64,000 nt of DNA from Eledone cirrhosa (GCA_964016885.1 OZ024740.1:237026001-237090000), one strand, 5' to 3'. Numbered from the stretch's first letter, positions 1 to 11,381 are shown. Translations and numbers: made by a program. Notes: a model not told the origin generated them from the letters alone.

Positions 1-378
1 AAAGACCACAAAGAAAAAAATGCCTTCTAATAGTCCCACAGACGACAATATACCTTCCAAGGAAATAGAGAAACTCTACAAATATAAAGATCTAGAGATA
101 AAATAACTCGAATGTGGAAAATGAAGCCAGAAACAATAGCTATAATGATAGCTGCTCTGAGAATGATAAAAAACCCACAGACAAATACATAACCAAAACC
201 CCAGGAGTTACAAATATATACAGCATAGAAAAAAATAGTACTACTAGGCACTGCAAACATATCATGAAAAATATTATCAATACAGTAGAAACACCACCAG
301 CAAAAACTATACTGCTCATACCCAAGGTGCACAGAGCTGTACTCAGTAAAGCAGTAATGATGTGCAATAAAAAAAAAA
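1..378 (+). mobile_element. 3' end of a Dong/R4-clade LINE (restriction-like endonuclease C-terminus plus 3' UTR), frameshifted
   Basis: Translation across frameshifts gives KDHKEKKCLLI..PTDDN..SKEIEKLYKYKDLEIKITRMW..IAAL..IEKIVLLGTANI. This matches the recalled RLE C-terminal pattern of R4/Dong ORFs. It ends in an A-rich/TAA junction. Confidence 0.75.
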
Positions 379-568
379 TAATTGTTTCTACTTTTTTGGT
401 ACAAGGCCAGCAATTAGGCCAGTGCATTACTGGTGCTTTATTTTATCGACTCCGTAAGGATGAAAGGCAAAGTTAACCATGGCGAAATTTGAACTCAGAA
501 CATAAAGGGCCAGAACTCAATGCTGCAAAGCATGGTGTCTGATGCTCTACCGATACGGCCACTCCACC
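378..568 (-). mobile_element. tRNA-derived SINE, family A (about 190 bp, (ATT)n tail)
   Basis: Minus strand has Pol III A box-like and B box (GAGTTCAAAT) motifs, the body motif GCCTTTCATCCTTACGG.GTCGATAAAATAAAG, and the tail GTAGAAACAATTATT. About 20 copies occur in the window. Confidence 0.85.
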
Positions 569-578
569 AATAATAATA

Positions 579-741
579 ATAATTGTTTCTACTTTAGGCA
601 CAAGGCCAGCAATTACGCCAGTGCATTACTGGTACTTTATTTTATCGATCGGCGGGATTTGAACTCAGACTGTAAAGGGACGTAACTATGCTAGAAAGCA
701 TCGCGTCCAACCCTCTATTGATACTACTAATTCACCGCCCT
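579..741 (-). mobile_element. SINE family A with small internal deletion
   Basis: Same consensus as the other copies, flanked by (TAA)n on both sides. Confidence 0.85.
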
Positions 742-757
742 AATAATAATAATAATG

Positions 758-1192
758 ATGTCATTTATTAGCCACAAGAGCCAACATGTAGGGGACAATA
801 CAAAGGCACAGACAGTGGGAGTTTACAATAAGCTTGAGTAAAAGTTCACAATGGCAAGACCAATTTAACAATGAAAATATAAAATAAAGTATGCATAAAT
901 ATAACAAAATAAATTCCCCAAGGGTGACTCAGGTACCCCACCAATCCTGAACCACCCTGCGCTTCTAGGGCACCCGGGGAGAGCACCCCTCTCCTCCTCA
1001 AATTAGCCAGCCTATAGGCGTATGGTCAGAGTAGGCCCACTCACACAGGCCATTCTCACCACATTCATCCACCTTTTAACAAATGAACTGGGGGCAGCAC
1101 TTCTCTCTCCACACTCACCTTCCTTTCCAGGTGAAACTTCAAGAAGTTGATAAGGGATTGGCCGAAGAGAAAAGTGTCTGTCTTCAGTCCTT
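758..1192 (-). mobile_element. 3' end of a LINE, probably L1/Tx1-like, inserted in (ATT)n
   Basis: Minus strand reads GLKTDTFLFGQSLINFLKFHLERKVSVEREVL then, after a frameshift, SSFVKRWMNVVRMACVSGPTLTIRL*. A GC-rich then T-rich 3' UTR follows, with AATAAA just before (ATT)n. Confidence 0.55.
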
Positions 1193-1193
1193 A

Positions 1194-1376
1194 TAATAAT
1201 AATTGTTTCTACTTTTGGCACAAGGCCAGCAATTACCCAGTACATTACTGGTACTTTATTTTATCGACCCCGTAAGGATGAAAGGCAAAGTTAACCTTGG
1301 CGGGATTTGAACTCAGACCATAAAGGGAAATAACTATGCTGGAAAGCATGGCGTCTGACCCTCTACCAATTCACCA
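1194..1376 (-). mobile_element. SINE family A
   Basis: Near-full copy of the consensus between (TAA)n tracts. Confidence 0.85.
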
Positions 1377-1537
1377 TAATAATAATAATATACTATTACT
1401 CATATATTTTATTATATATAAAGTTAGAGTAGTTTTGATGTATCAAAAAGCCAATGGATTCATTGTATCCTACTTTAATTACAAAAAACAATAATTTATT
1501 AATTAAAAAAGTATGTAAAAAATAACTTTATGTGGTC

Positions 1538-1722
1538 TAATAATTGTTTCTACCTTTGGCACAAGGCCAGCAATTATCCAGTACATTACTGGTACTTTAT
1601 TTTATCGACCCCGCAAGGATGAAAGGCAAAGTCAACCTCGGCGGGATTTGAACTCAGATCGAAAAGGGACGTAACTATGCTGGAAAGCATGGCGTCCGAC
1701 CCTCTACCGATACTGCCAATCC
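1538..1722 (-). mobile_element. SINE family A, young, with target-site duplication
   Basis: Full consensus. ATGTGGTCTAATAAT is present on both flanks (about 1530 and 1723). Confidence 0.9.
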
Positions 1723-4329
1723 ATGTGGTCTAATAATATCTGCTAACAAAAGTTTAATGATATGCAAATTTTATAACAAATGTGTATGTAAGATACCCTT
1801 CTAGTACCAGCCTAAATCTTCTCAACTCAGTGAAGGTAGTACATACTTAGGATGACTGAATCAATATCTAAATTGAAATTGACCATTTAGCCATCAGTAC
1901 TCAATATAAATTAATATAATACAAATCAATCAATTATTAAAATTAGTTTTAAATGGACTGAAACCAAGTTGTATTTCTAATACACCAGAGTAAAAGATTT
2001 AGTCAATAACTGTTTCACTTGTAGTCTTTCTATTTTAGAGATTTTTTTATGAAACCGAGGTAAGATACAATATAAAAACAATAATATTAGAGAAAATAAC
2101 CAATATCTTTCACTGCACAACTTTGCAGCCTGGATATTATTCCAGACTTTCTTAATATTAAGCTAGAAACTGTTGATTGCCTCTCCTCCCCCAAAGAAAT
2201 AAGCTACATCAGGTTGGAGTATCAGACTATATCTTATAGACCATCTACAAATTAGTTTTTTTTTAAATCACTATCTCCTCTTTTCACCCACCCACCCCTC
2301 ACCTCATACACCTAACTAGTGACAATGTTGCTAAATAGGAAAGTCTTCCTCATTATAAGATGATACTACTGCACTCTTTGCAAAAGCTAGTACTTATTTG
2401 ACAATCAAGTAGATACAGTGAAAAAGGATAATTTTACCTACACAAGCAGATGATGTATTGAATAGGACACATTACCAAGATATCAATCTCAGAACACGTG
2501 TTCGAACAAAAACTATTCTATTTGTACTAGCAAGTAAAAATAGAATGTAAACACGTAAAGAAAAAAAACGAAAGAAAGGGGGGCATGTACAAGTAGAAAA
2601 AAAAGACCCAAGGCAGAGACAAATATGTAACAGAAAAAAATAGGCATCTTTTTTAACATCAGCTTTCATTCTAATTCAATATTTTATAAACATTCTGTTA
2701 GGGGCCAATAATTTATATTTGACTGAATGTAAAAACACAGCGAGAGAGAAAGTAAATGTTGAAAGTCAATAAACAAAAAAACCTCAGTAGAATATTGATA
2801 GAAATACCAAGAAGCATAATGGTGGTTTCTATATAAGAACTTTGAAAAGGTTTACAAAAAACCTAAACCATCCACTGTCAACTCCATTATTTCTTCAGTT
2901 ATCAGAAGTTATCAACAGTAAAATATTTTCAAAATGTTTATTTTACAAGAAAATTATAGATGATTATATATAAGATAATTATAAATACATGATAACTATC
3001 TACTAGTTAGTCATAGATTAAGCAGATTTAAAAGAATATGAGAATCATAATTAATTTCTAATCATCTAAATACTCACCTAAATATACAGTTCTCTGATTA
3101 GCAGAGGAGTTATAAATTCAAATCCTGTCACTAGCATTTTCTCTGTCTTAGGAAATACAGAGAGAAATGGTTTGGTATTCATGGTAGATAGGGAGAACAT
3201 ACAAACAGGAGAGTAAATGTCTTGGCAGTGAAGTGATAAATTAGCTGGAAAATGACAAGCACTGTTGGAGTCTAAATTCCTCCCTCATGCAATAGTTTGC
3301 TGAATCTTCAGGTCATACACAGAATGGATAAAGAAATCTATACTGATGAATCTAACCATTAAAAGGTTGTGTAAATCAAATAGGCATCAAAATTTAAACT
3401 GATTAATACAATAATTTCCAAGGTAGCAGTCTAAAAATCTCATCTGTACGCATGTCAATGGCGTATTACAAAAATTTACTTTGGCATAAGTATAATCATT
3501 ATCTCAAACAATACTGGAAATCTCTTTTGTAACTTGAAATGAACATCTTTTTTCTTTTAATCAAATCTCTGAAAATATCAATCCTATGTTATTTCATTAA
3601 AATATGTGAAAATGAGAATACAGTAACCCCATGAAATATACAAGAATAGATTAGAATACTATTGAATAGATACAAATCATTAACTGACAAAAATAGACTT
3701 ATTATATGCCACAGGAATGTACAAATATATCTGATGCCAGCACTAACTACATAATTCCATTAGACTAGTTTGAATGCTTCAAAAGCATTATACCATTTAC
3801 TAAAGACAATTAAAGTAAAAAGCACCTTCAATACAATGTGAACACATAAAAGCTATATAGGTTATTAAAGTACATAACAAAAGGGCAACTGCTCAAAGAC
3901 TTTTAAAGAGCAAGAAATTCCCCTACACAATCAATTTTCAATCTAAAGATACATCAATAAACAACTATTGGCAGAACCAAACCTGAATAAACCCATAAAC
4001 TTCATTAGTAGATTCAAATAAATTCCAGAAGTGGACACTAAAACTCCATTTGAAGAAATAGCTAAGTGGCAACAATGGGGATTAACTAGAATCACAGTTA
4101 CTCACAATTACATTAGTCTCAGTATTCTTCGTGCTGATAAAAGAAATCTTCAAATAATCATAACAAAAATGAAATTTATTTAATGTACAGTATAACAACA
4201 AATAATAAAACCTACTAAAACCATTCATTAATCTACTGTCAACTAAGAGTTATTCAAAAATGTTAAACTGAAGAGTAATAAAAGCAGCTAATTACTATGC
4301 TAAGAAATTCTGTCTTTGACTAAGACATA

Positions 4330-5405
4330 GTAGTATGCCATCCTGGCTCAATACCAAACAGCATCTCATCTAAACTAATTTTCTTACAAAATTTCTGCTA
4401 CTTTCATAACTTTGTCTATCAGTTTGATGCCTCTATAGTTGCTTCTTTCTAGAGCATATTTGCCCTTCTAGCAATCAATGATGATACTACTATATCAGTG
4501 ATTAGGAATGGACTTTTCTTGCACTACCTGATGGACTACCTGATTGACTTCATTGGACATTTTTAGCACCTCAGCCATTATCCATGATTGTCCAGCTGTT
4601 TTCCATAATAATCTTAATAGCCATTGCAATTGTATAGCTGTTAATTTCAATAGGTTGTTTCTCTGCTGAGTCTACTTTCTCTCCCATGTATTTTCCTCTT
4701 TCAGTAATATCTTATTGTAGAATTTCCATGCCTCCTTCTCAGTGACTGTGAGGGCAAGTATGTAGTTATTACATACACATTTTTCATCAACTATATCCTA
4801 ATTCATATTGACACATGTCAATATGAATTGCTTGTTATTTAGTATATCATGTATGATTGCAGAACAGTGGCAAACCTCTTACTTTCTACTTTCGTCCTTA
4901 CTAAGTATCCCTGATCCTTGATACTGCTCTTGGCATGCTTGTATTTCTTCCATTGTTTCCAAACCTGTATAAGCATTCATGGCTATCTACTGTACTCTAT
5001 TACTATCAAATCATCTACTTGGCTATAACTTTGCTCTGTCAACAGATTTGCTATATGGCTGCAGCAGATTGTCTTTTAGAAGTTCATAGTTGTCTTCTAT
5101 GTTATAGGTTTCTATCTCTCCCTTCTCTTTAACATCTCGTTTATGTTGAGTGATGTATTCTTTCTCTGAGAATATCTTAATTTTCACAGTAATCTGTATC
5201 CCATTTCCTGCTGAGTATGTAGGCTACCTGGCTTGTATTCATCAAAGTGGTAGATGATCTGGTGGCAAGTCAGTTTGCTGAAATTAGTATGGCAAATAGT
5301 TAACTCATTTGCTTCACAGAACTTCAAGAGCCTTGGTCCCTCTTCACACTATGTACCATAACTATAGCCTCAATGTACTTCAGAATAGCCATTTGATGGG
5401 CTTTC
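4330..5405 (-). mobile_element. Decayed RTE-clade LINE (endonuclease to start of RT)
   Basis: Minus-strand remnants EEGPRLLKFCEANELTICHTNF (EN domain) and DEMLFGIEPG (corresponds to the RT QFGF.PG motif), with many stops. Confidence 0.7.
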
Positions 5406-6379
5406 TCAGAGTTTCCTCACCAACTTCCACTCACAGGTATTGATCAACTGAAGGCAATGATAGAGGATGCCATATGTATGCATATAAGTGAGCTATATAA
5501 TTAAATTTATATAGTTTCAGTTTAGGCAGACACATTAGGGATACTAGTAATCACTAATGGATATCCGACAAAACACACTAATATCTTCTGAAACACAATG
5601 TTTTTAGTTCATCATCATCCTCATTGTTTAATGCTTGCATGGGTTAGACAAGTCTGGCCATTTCGTTGCACCATGCCAAACAGAACTGTATTTGGCTGGG
5701 GGGGTTACAACTGGATGCTCTTCTTAACACCATGCTTGTAGGCATTGTACTAAATACTGGTGGCTAGAAGTGTTGTCTGACTCTTTCATTCGGCAGTATA
5801 GAGAACAAAAATAGTCATTCAATTTGAAAATCAAGATTTTTTTTTCCATAGTACACAATATTCCAAATTCTAAATAGTCAATATTTGATACTATATACTT
5901 CTTCCTTGCTCATTTGCATAAGAATACACACACATTCCCTTTTATGTTGCCACAAAATTAATAATCTTTAAAGCCACAAACACATGTTACATTAACATAA
6001 AAACAAAAAAAAATCACACCTAACAAAGACATACAATATTTATCTGTGAACAAGCACTATACTATATGTATCTATATATTTACATATAGCATTGTGCTAC
6101 ATTTATTTCTTAACAAGCACAATGTGACTGATATGAACACAAGTTAATGCTGAAACTGAATTTAAAAAAAAATGTTAAATACATTGTCAGTATGAATTTC
6201 ACCTAAATTCTTCAAACGATCCACCATCTAATATCCTAATATCCTTACTTCCTTTCTTATATCTAAACTGCCCTGGATATCAACAAGGCAAATACAAATA
6301 AAGCTTGAGGGAAGGGGGCACTTATCTGGGCATATAAATTACAATGAATGGCGACATATGGTGCTGAATGGTGATATAT

Positions 6380-6478
6380 AATAATTATGTCTACTTTTTG
6401 CACAAGGTCAGCAATTACTCCAGTGCATTACTGGTGCTTTATTTTATCGACTACATAAGGATGAAAGGCAAAGTTAAT
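6380..6478 (-). mobile_element. SINE family A, 5'-truncated
   Basis: 3' half of the consensus. Confidence 0.75.
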
Positions 6479-6489
6479 AATAATATATC

Positions 6490-6720
6490 TACAGAAGACC
6501 TCTCTGTCATTATATTCCAGTTTTAAACTCCTCAGTGATGGCCTGAAGAACACTGATTAACAGGAGTAGACTGTTGACTAAGCCCTGGTGGAAGCCCACC
6601 CGCACTTCAAATTCATCACTGTACTCACTTTCAACCCTCACCCTGCCGATTGCTCCTTTATACATGGCCTGCACAATGCTCACAAGCCATTTATCTACAC
6701 CTAGACTGGCATACAGTCTC
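6490..6720 (-). mobile_element. RTE reverse transcriptase fragment
   Basis: Minus strand reads WLVSIVQAMYKGAIGRVRVESEYSDEFEVRVGFHQG..SLLLLISVLQAITEEFKTG, covering the QG motif region. Confidence 0.75.
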
Positions 6721-6768
6721 AGAATCCTCTATACTTGGCACCTGACCTCCCTATATATATATATATAT

Positions 6769-7104
6769 AGAGGCACATGGCTTAGTGGTTAGAGCATTGG
6801 GCTTGCAATCGAAAGGTTGTGAGTTCAATTCTCAGACTGAGTGATGTGTTGTTTCCTTGAGCAAGACACTTTATTTCACATTGCTCCAGTTTACTCAGCT
6901 GTAGAAATGAGATGATAGGGACTGGGGTCCATATCATTCCACTGTAAAGTGGTCGTGGAGGTGGCACGGCAAAAAGCACCCAGCACTCACTGTAAATGAG
7001 GTTGGTGTTAGGAAGGGCATCCAGCTGTAGAAATCAAGCCAGAATCAGTTCCCGTCCCACCCTTGCAAGCAGGGAAAAAGCGGACGTAAAATGAAATGAT
7101 GATG
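6769..7104 (+). mobile_element. SINE family B: tRNA head + CORE domain + RTE-derived body and tail (Ceph-SINE-like)
   Basis: A box TGGCTTAGTGG, B box GAGTTCAATTC, CORE-like CCTTGAGCAAGACACTTTA..CAGTTTACTCAGCTGTAGAAATG, the motif AGGAAGGGCATCC, and a tail GTCCCACCCTTGCAAGCAGGGAAA..(ATG)n shared with the LINE ending at about 16373. Confidence 0.85.
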
Positions 7105-7330
7105 AAAAGGAAATGATAGGAACGAGTAGGACCCCGACGGCTGAGCTCAAGCCGTTTCGACGGCTAATTCTGGACTAAAATAGTCCAGAATTTAGTCCAG
7201 AATTAGCCATCGAAACGGCTTGAGCTCAGCCATCGGGGTCCTACTCGTTCCTTTTACCCACTCTACTACCCTAAGTATTGAGTACTTTGGTGCGTTATGG
7301 TCCACCTGGTTCCTTACCACATTTCCTTTG

Positions 7331-7332
<2 letters not shown>
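7105..7332. mobile_element. (TA)n-associated fold-back element, probably derived from a Penelope pseudo-LTR
   Basis: Near-perfect inverted repeat at 7118-7252 (arms about 62 bp) containing CGAAACG next to a palindromic stem. It is bordered by (TA)n at 7333-7368. Confidence 0.55.
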
Positions 7333-7369
<37 letters not shown>

Positions 7370-7372
<3 letters not shown>

Positions 7373-7778
7373 AGGTCAGGTGCCAAGTATATCTAGTGAG
7401 GTGAGAGGCAGAAGAGTAGTAGTTTGCACATGTTCTGCATCATGAATATCATAGGCGTGAAGTGTTGAGGATTCTGAGACTGTATGCCAGAAAAAATTAT
7501 GACGTAATTGGAGAAAAGTCTGTCCAAAATGATAGCGGAGCACTTGCTCTGTCTGACAATGAAAAGACAGATGCTTGGAATACATACTATGAGAGACTGC
7601 AGAATGAGGAAAATGAATGGGACAGTGAGGGCTTACCCCATGCAGACTCTACTGAGGGATCTGCCATGAAAGTTGACAGCAGTATGATATATAAAGCAAT
7701 TAAGGACATGAAGGTAGGGAAAGCAGCTGGACCACTTGGTATAGTCACTGAGATGCTAAAAGCATCTGGTATGGTAGG
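7370..7778 (+). mobile_element. RTE LINE fragment (linker region before RT)
   Basis: ORF 7462..: DVIGEKSVQNDSGALALSD.EK.DAW..YYERLQNEENEW..KAIKDMKVGKAAGP.GIV.EMLKASG. The same motif occurs at 15840-16140. Confidence 0.8.
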
Positions 7779-7793
7779 ATATAAATATATTGT

Positions 7794-8648
7794 ATGCGCC
7801 TTGCACTGGAGAAACACCAGGACTCTGGCTTTACTGTAGCACCGACTCAGAGCAGGAGAGTTAAGGCGAAAAAGATATTGGATGCTGAATTTGCCGACGA
7901 CATAGTTTTGGTGAAAAATACAGTGAAGGAGGCAGAGGATTTGATGCAGGAGGTTGAGACTGTGTCGATGAGTGTGAGGCTGAGAATGAATGAGACTAAA
8001 ACAAAATATCTGGTAGAGAATGTTGAGAAGCCAGAGGGGATTACTAATGTAGGCGGGAAGCCGCTAGAATTGGTTGAGGACTTCCTGTATTTGGGAGCGA
8101 AGATTGGGAATATGGAAGATGATGTGGTTGAGAGGAAGAGCAAAGCTTGGGCGGCATGCCACAGCTTGAGATCGGTGTGGAAGTTGGACCTTCGTAAAGA
8201 CCTGAAAATCCGCCTCTTCATTGCTGTAGTGGAGTCTGTGCTGCTGTACAGGTCTGAGACTTGGACACTGACCAAGAAACTCACTCAGATGGAGGATGGG
8301 TGCTACACGAGAATGCTGAGGATGGCTCGGAACATTAATCAGAATACACTGAAGATAAAAAACTCAGAGTTGTATGGGAGCCTCCCAAAAGTCAGCTCAA
8401 AAGTGACACAGAGGAGACTGAGGTTAGCTGGAAATGCTCACCGACATCCAGAATTGACATTGCACTCAGTGCTCCTGTGGGTACCCCTACATGGACACAC
8501 TGGAAGAGGAAGACCAAGGTTAACGTATGTTGATGCCCTAAGGACAGACACTGGTCTGTTGGAGACGCAGGACATGGCAGCGATAATGAGGGACAGAGAC
8601 CGCTGGAGAGAACTCGTCCATGGATCTCGGGAAATTTACCCGCCCTAG
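7794..8648 (+). mobile_element. 5'-truncated LINE (RTE-like) with an open 284-aa RT C-terminal half, ending directly in (TA)n
   Basis: Contains catalytic FADD, MN..KT, FLYLG, ESVLLY.SETW, RRLRLAG and GRGRPRLTY motifs. The stop codon abuts (TA)n. Confidence 0.85.
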
Positions 8649-9533
8649 ATATATATATATGTATATATATATATTGATTTACATTAATAACCAGTTAAAA
8701 AAAGTAATTGTTGCCTAATTATTGAATTCTTTTAAGAAAAAATGCTGTTTCCAATATATAGCAGATTTATATCTTGTTAAATTTTAGAACCATTAATCTA
8801 ATAGTATATTTGGAACTTTCTTGGTCACTTGACACAATAGACATTCTCCCATTTCTCTTATATCTTTACATGAATCATGACCCAAAGTTCTTGATGTTTA
8901 TTTGTACCATGAAGGCAACACTTTCTGGTTTTAAATTAAAATACTATAATTATTATTTATACATTGAGATCTTGCTTGTAACTTTGTATCGTATTCTCTC
9001 TCTCTTTCTCTCTCTCTCTCTGTGCATGTGCATACATGTGTGTATGTATTTATACACACACACACACACACTACTTATTTCATCTCTTCACTCTGAGAGG
9101 AAGCAATTTTAATTGCAGCTTATTAGTTTCGTTTTAAGCAGATTTCCTTTGATGTTTAACTCAATACTGAATAGTTGAAACCAGAATTAAGAATTCATCA
9201 CAAGGATTATACTTAAAAAATTTTTAAAAATGAACACAGCTTCACTATTGCAAACATATAATAATAATATAAAATAACATTCTTTGAAAAAGAGAAAATT
9301 TAGATTGAGAAGAGAGAATGGAATGTAAAATAAGAAATGTAAAATAAGAAGATATTAAAAAGAAAAATATAGAAAAGCAAGGAATGGCAAGGACTCTAGT
9401 ATCACAGAAGGAGGGGGAGGGGGGCGTGATTGGGCTCTGTGCTTAGGGTGCGGTGGTAATGGGGCTGCACCCCACAGACAAGATGGCAAAAGCATTCCTG
9501 TGGACAATGGCTAGCGGGAATGCTTTTGCCTAT

Positions 9534-9567
9534 TTAGTACTTAGATGGGTGACCGCTGTAAGCATTT
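9534..9567 (+). pseudogene. 5S rRNA-derived fragment (intermediate element/box C region)
   Basis: TTAGTACTTAGATGGGTGACCGC resembles 5S TTAGTACTTGGATGGGAGACCGC. It is followed by TGTAAGCATTT, like the 5S 3' end. Confidence 0.55.
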
Positions 9568-10083
9568 CTTTTGTTGTAGTGAACCAGAACGCTGTACACA
9601 ATAATTCTCATTAATATAACTTTTAGCATTTAATATTGATATGTCTCTTTATTATGACAACTAACAGAAAAACCACCCTACGGTGTGTAGTGTGTATATT
9701 GATATTATACGCAAGTATATATACATGTAGATATGAGACATCAAATAAAATCGTAATTGACAATATATAATACATAGAAATTGAATGAAGACTGCATTAC
9801 ACTGTCTTATGTTATCAGTAATGTAATCCATGATACATTAAAAAAAGACGATATTATATATAAACTGCATTAGGAGAAAATTAGTGACAGAAAATTAGTA
9901 TGTTTATTTAAGTGATCACCACCAGAAGTGTTGACATCACACACTCTCTCTTTCTATATATATGGTAGTTGAAGTGGTGGTGGTGGCAACGATATACCGG
10001 AAGTGCAACTTTGAAAAGGAGTCAATTTTAAATTATTTATTTTTACGAAATTTAGTAGATAAATTATGTAATATTCATTCATT

Positions 10084-10161
10084 ATGGCGAGCCACGCCCG
10101 GTCGGGACGAAGCCAGAGGAAACTCTGGTGGAAGTCCAAAGCGCCTCTGACGTGCAAATCG
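10084..10161 (+). rRNA. Retroposed 78-bp fragment of 28S rRNA (not a functional gene)
   Basis: ATGGCGAGCCACGCCCGGTCGGGACGAAGCCAGAGGAAACTCTGGTGGAAGTCCAAAGCGCCTCTGACGTGCAAATCG matches the conserved LSU segment ATGGTGAACTATGCCTG..CGAAGCCAGAGGAAACTCTGGTGGA..CTGACGTGCAAATCG. Confidence 0.9.
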
Positions 10162-10272
10162 AAATCCCGCCGAGGTTGACTTTGCCTTTCATCCTTACGG
10201 GGTCGATAAAATAAAGTACCAGTAATGTACTGGATAATTGCTGACCTTGTGCCAAAAGTAGAAACAATTATT
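10162..10272 (+). mobile_element. SINE family A, 3' portion fused to the 28S fragment
   Basis: Begins inside the B box (AAATCCCGCCGAGG) and runs to GTAGAAACAATTATT. Confidence 0.9.
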
Positions 10273-10461
10273 TATTCAAAGTAATCCAACTTATTTTGCT
10301 AACAGAATAAAAAAAGAAAAAACGTACGCAGTCCCGCAGACCTTCCTTTATTATAGTTTAGATTATCTACACCAGTTTTCATTGAGTTTAACCTAATTCC
10401 TGTGTAATGAATTCAAGTAATATAGTATAATAGTAACGTGATGTTATATTTGTGAATTACT

Positions 10462-10497
10462 GGGTAATTGCTGGCTTTGTGCCTAATGTAGAAACAA
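10462..10497 (+). mobile_element. Extremely 5'-truncated SINE A with 18-bp TSD
   Basis: TTATATTTGTGAATTACT at 10444-10461 and 10498-10515 flanks the SINE tail. Confidence 0.8.
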
Positions 10498-10589
10498 TTA
10501 TATTTGTGAATTACTTTCTGTGTAAATCCTGCAAACAAGGAAATAGTTTCATAACATGCTGAATATTTATTTCTACATATAGATTATGT

Positions 10590-10702
10590 CAGCCATTGGA
10601 CTGTAGTCATGCTGGGGCACTACCTTCAATCGTACTGACCTCAGTACTTAGTTCAGTTTGGTATTTATTCTATCGATCTACATTTATTGAATTGCTAAGT
10701 TA
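10590..10702 (-). mobile_element. Old SINE fragment of another family
   Basis: GACTGTAGTCATGCTGGGGCAC..GGTATTTATTCTATCG. Related decayed pieces lie near 16690-16870 and 52100-52235. Confidence 0.45.
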
Positions 10703-11104
10703 CATTTTTCGACACAATATTAGTCTTTACAGAAATAAACCACGCACATACTTACAATACATGCACCTACATAGATATATGTGTACATACATACAAGGGG
10801 CTTCTGCAAGGCTAAGGAATTCTTTCTCAGCTTTGTAATCTCGATTCATTCAAAGCAAAGATGACTGAGGGGAGGGTGATTATATGAGGAGTGATGGGGA
10901 GGAAGTTGAAAGATGAGAAAGTTTGATTATCAACATGATATGGGAAACAGCGATAGCATGGTTGTTGGGAGATTTAGTAGAAAACAGCATATGAGCAATA
11001 TGATGGAATAACAATGGAGATGGGGAAGAGTGAGTGGTGATGAATGGATAACGACAGGGAAGTGTGGTGAAAAGTGATCTCAGAGTCTCATGGATTAGAG
11101 TAAG

Positions 11105-11292
11105 TAATTGTTTCTACGTTAGGCACAAGGCCAGCAATTACCCAGTGTATTACTGGTACTTTATTTTATCGACCCCGTAAGGATGAAAGGCAAAGTTAAC
11201 CTCGGCGGGATTTGAACTCAGAATGGCAAGGGCCGTAACTCTATGCATCAAAGCATGGCGTCCGACCCTCTACCGATACTGCCAATCCACCG
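11105..11292 (-). mobile_element. SINE family A
   Basis: Full consensus with A and B boxes. Confidence 0.9.
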
Positions 11293-11381
11293 CTGATGGT
11301 TAGCCATAGAGAGTGACAATGATGAATATGGACATTGATGTAAGTAACATATCAATAGATGAGGGTGATGATAAATGAAAG

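Larger units (their letters stand above)
9661..10362 (-). mobile_element. Probable non-autonomous Helitron
   Basis: Minus strand starts A|TCTAAACTATAATAAAGG and ends with a short GC-rich hairpin remnant (CACACCGTAGGGTGG) then TTAG|T. This fits insertion between A and T with a degenerate CTAG. Confidence 0.45.

Noticed and set aside
6769-6845. tRNA gene
   Set aside because: A and B boxes are present but continue into CORE and RTE sequence in several copies, so this is a SINE head.
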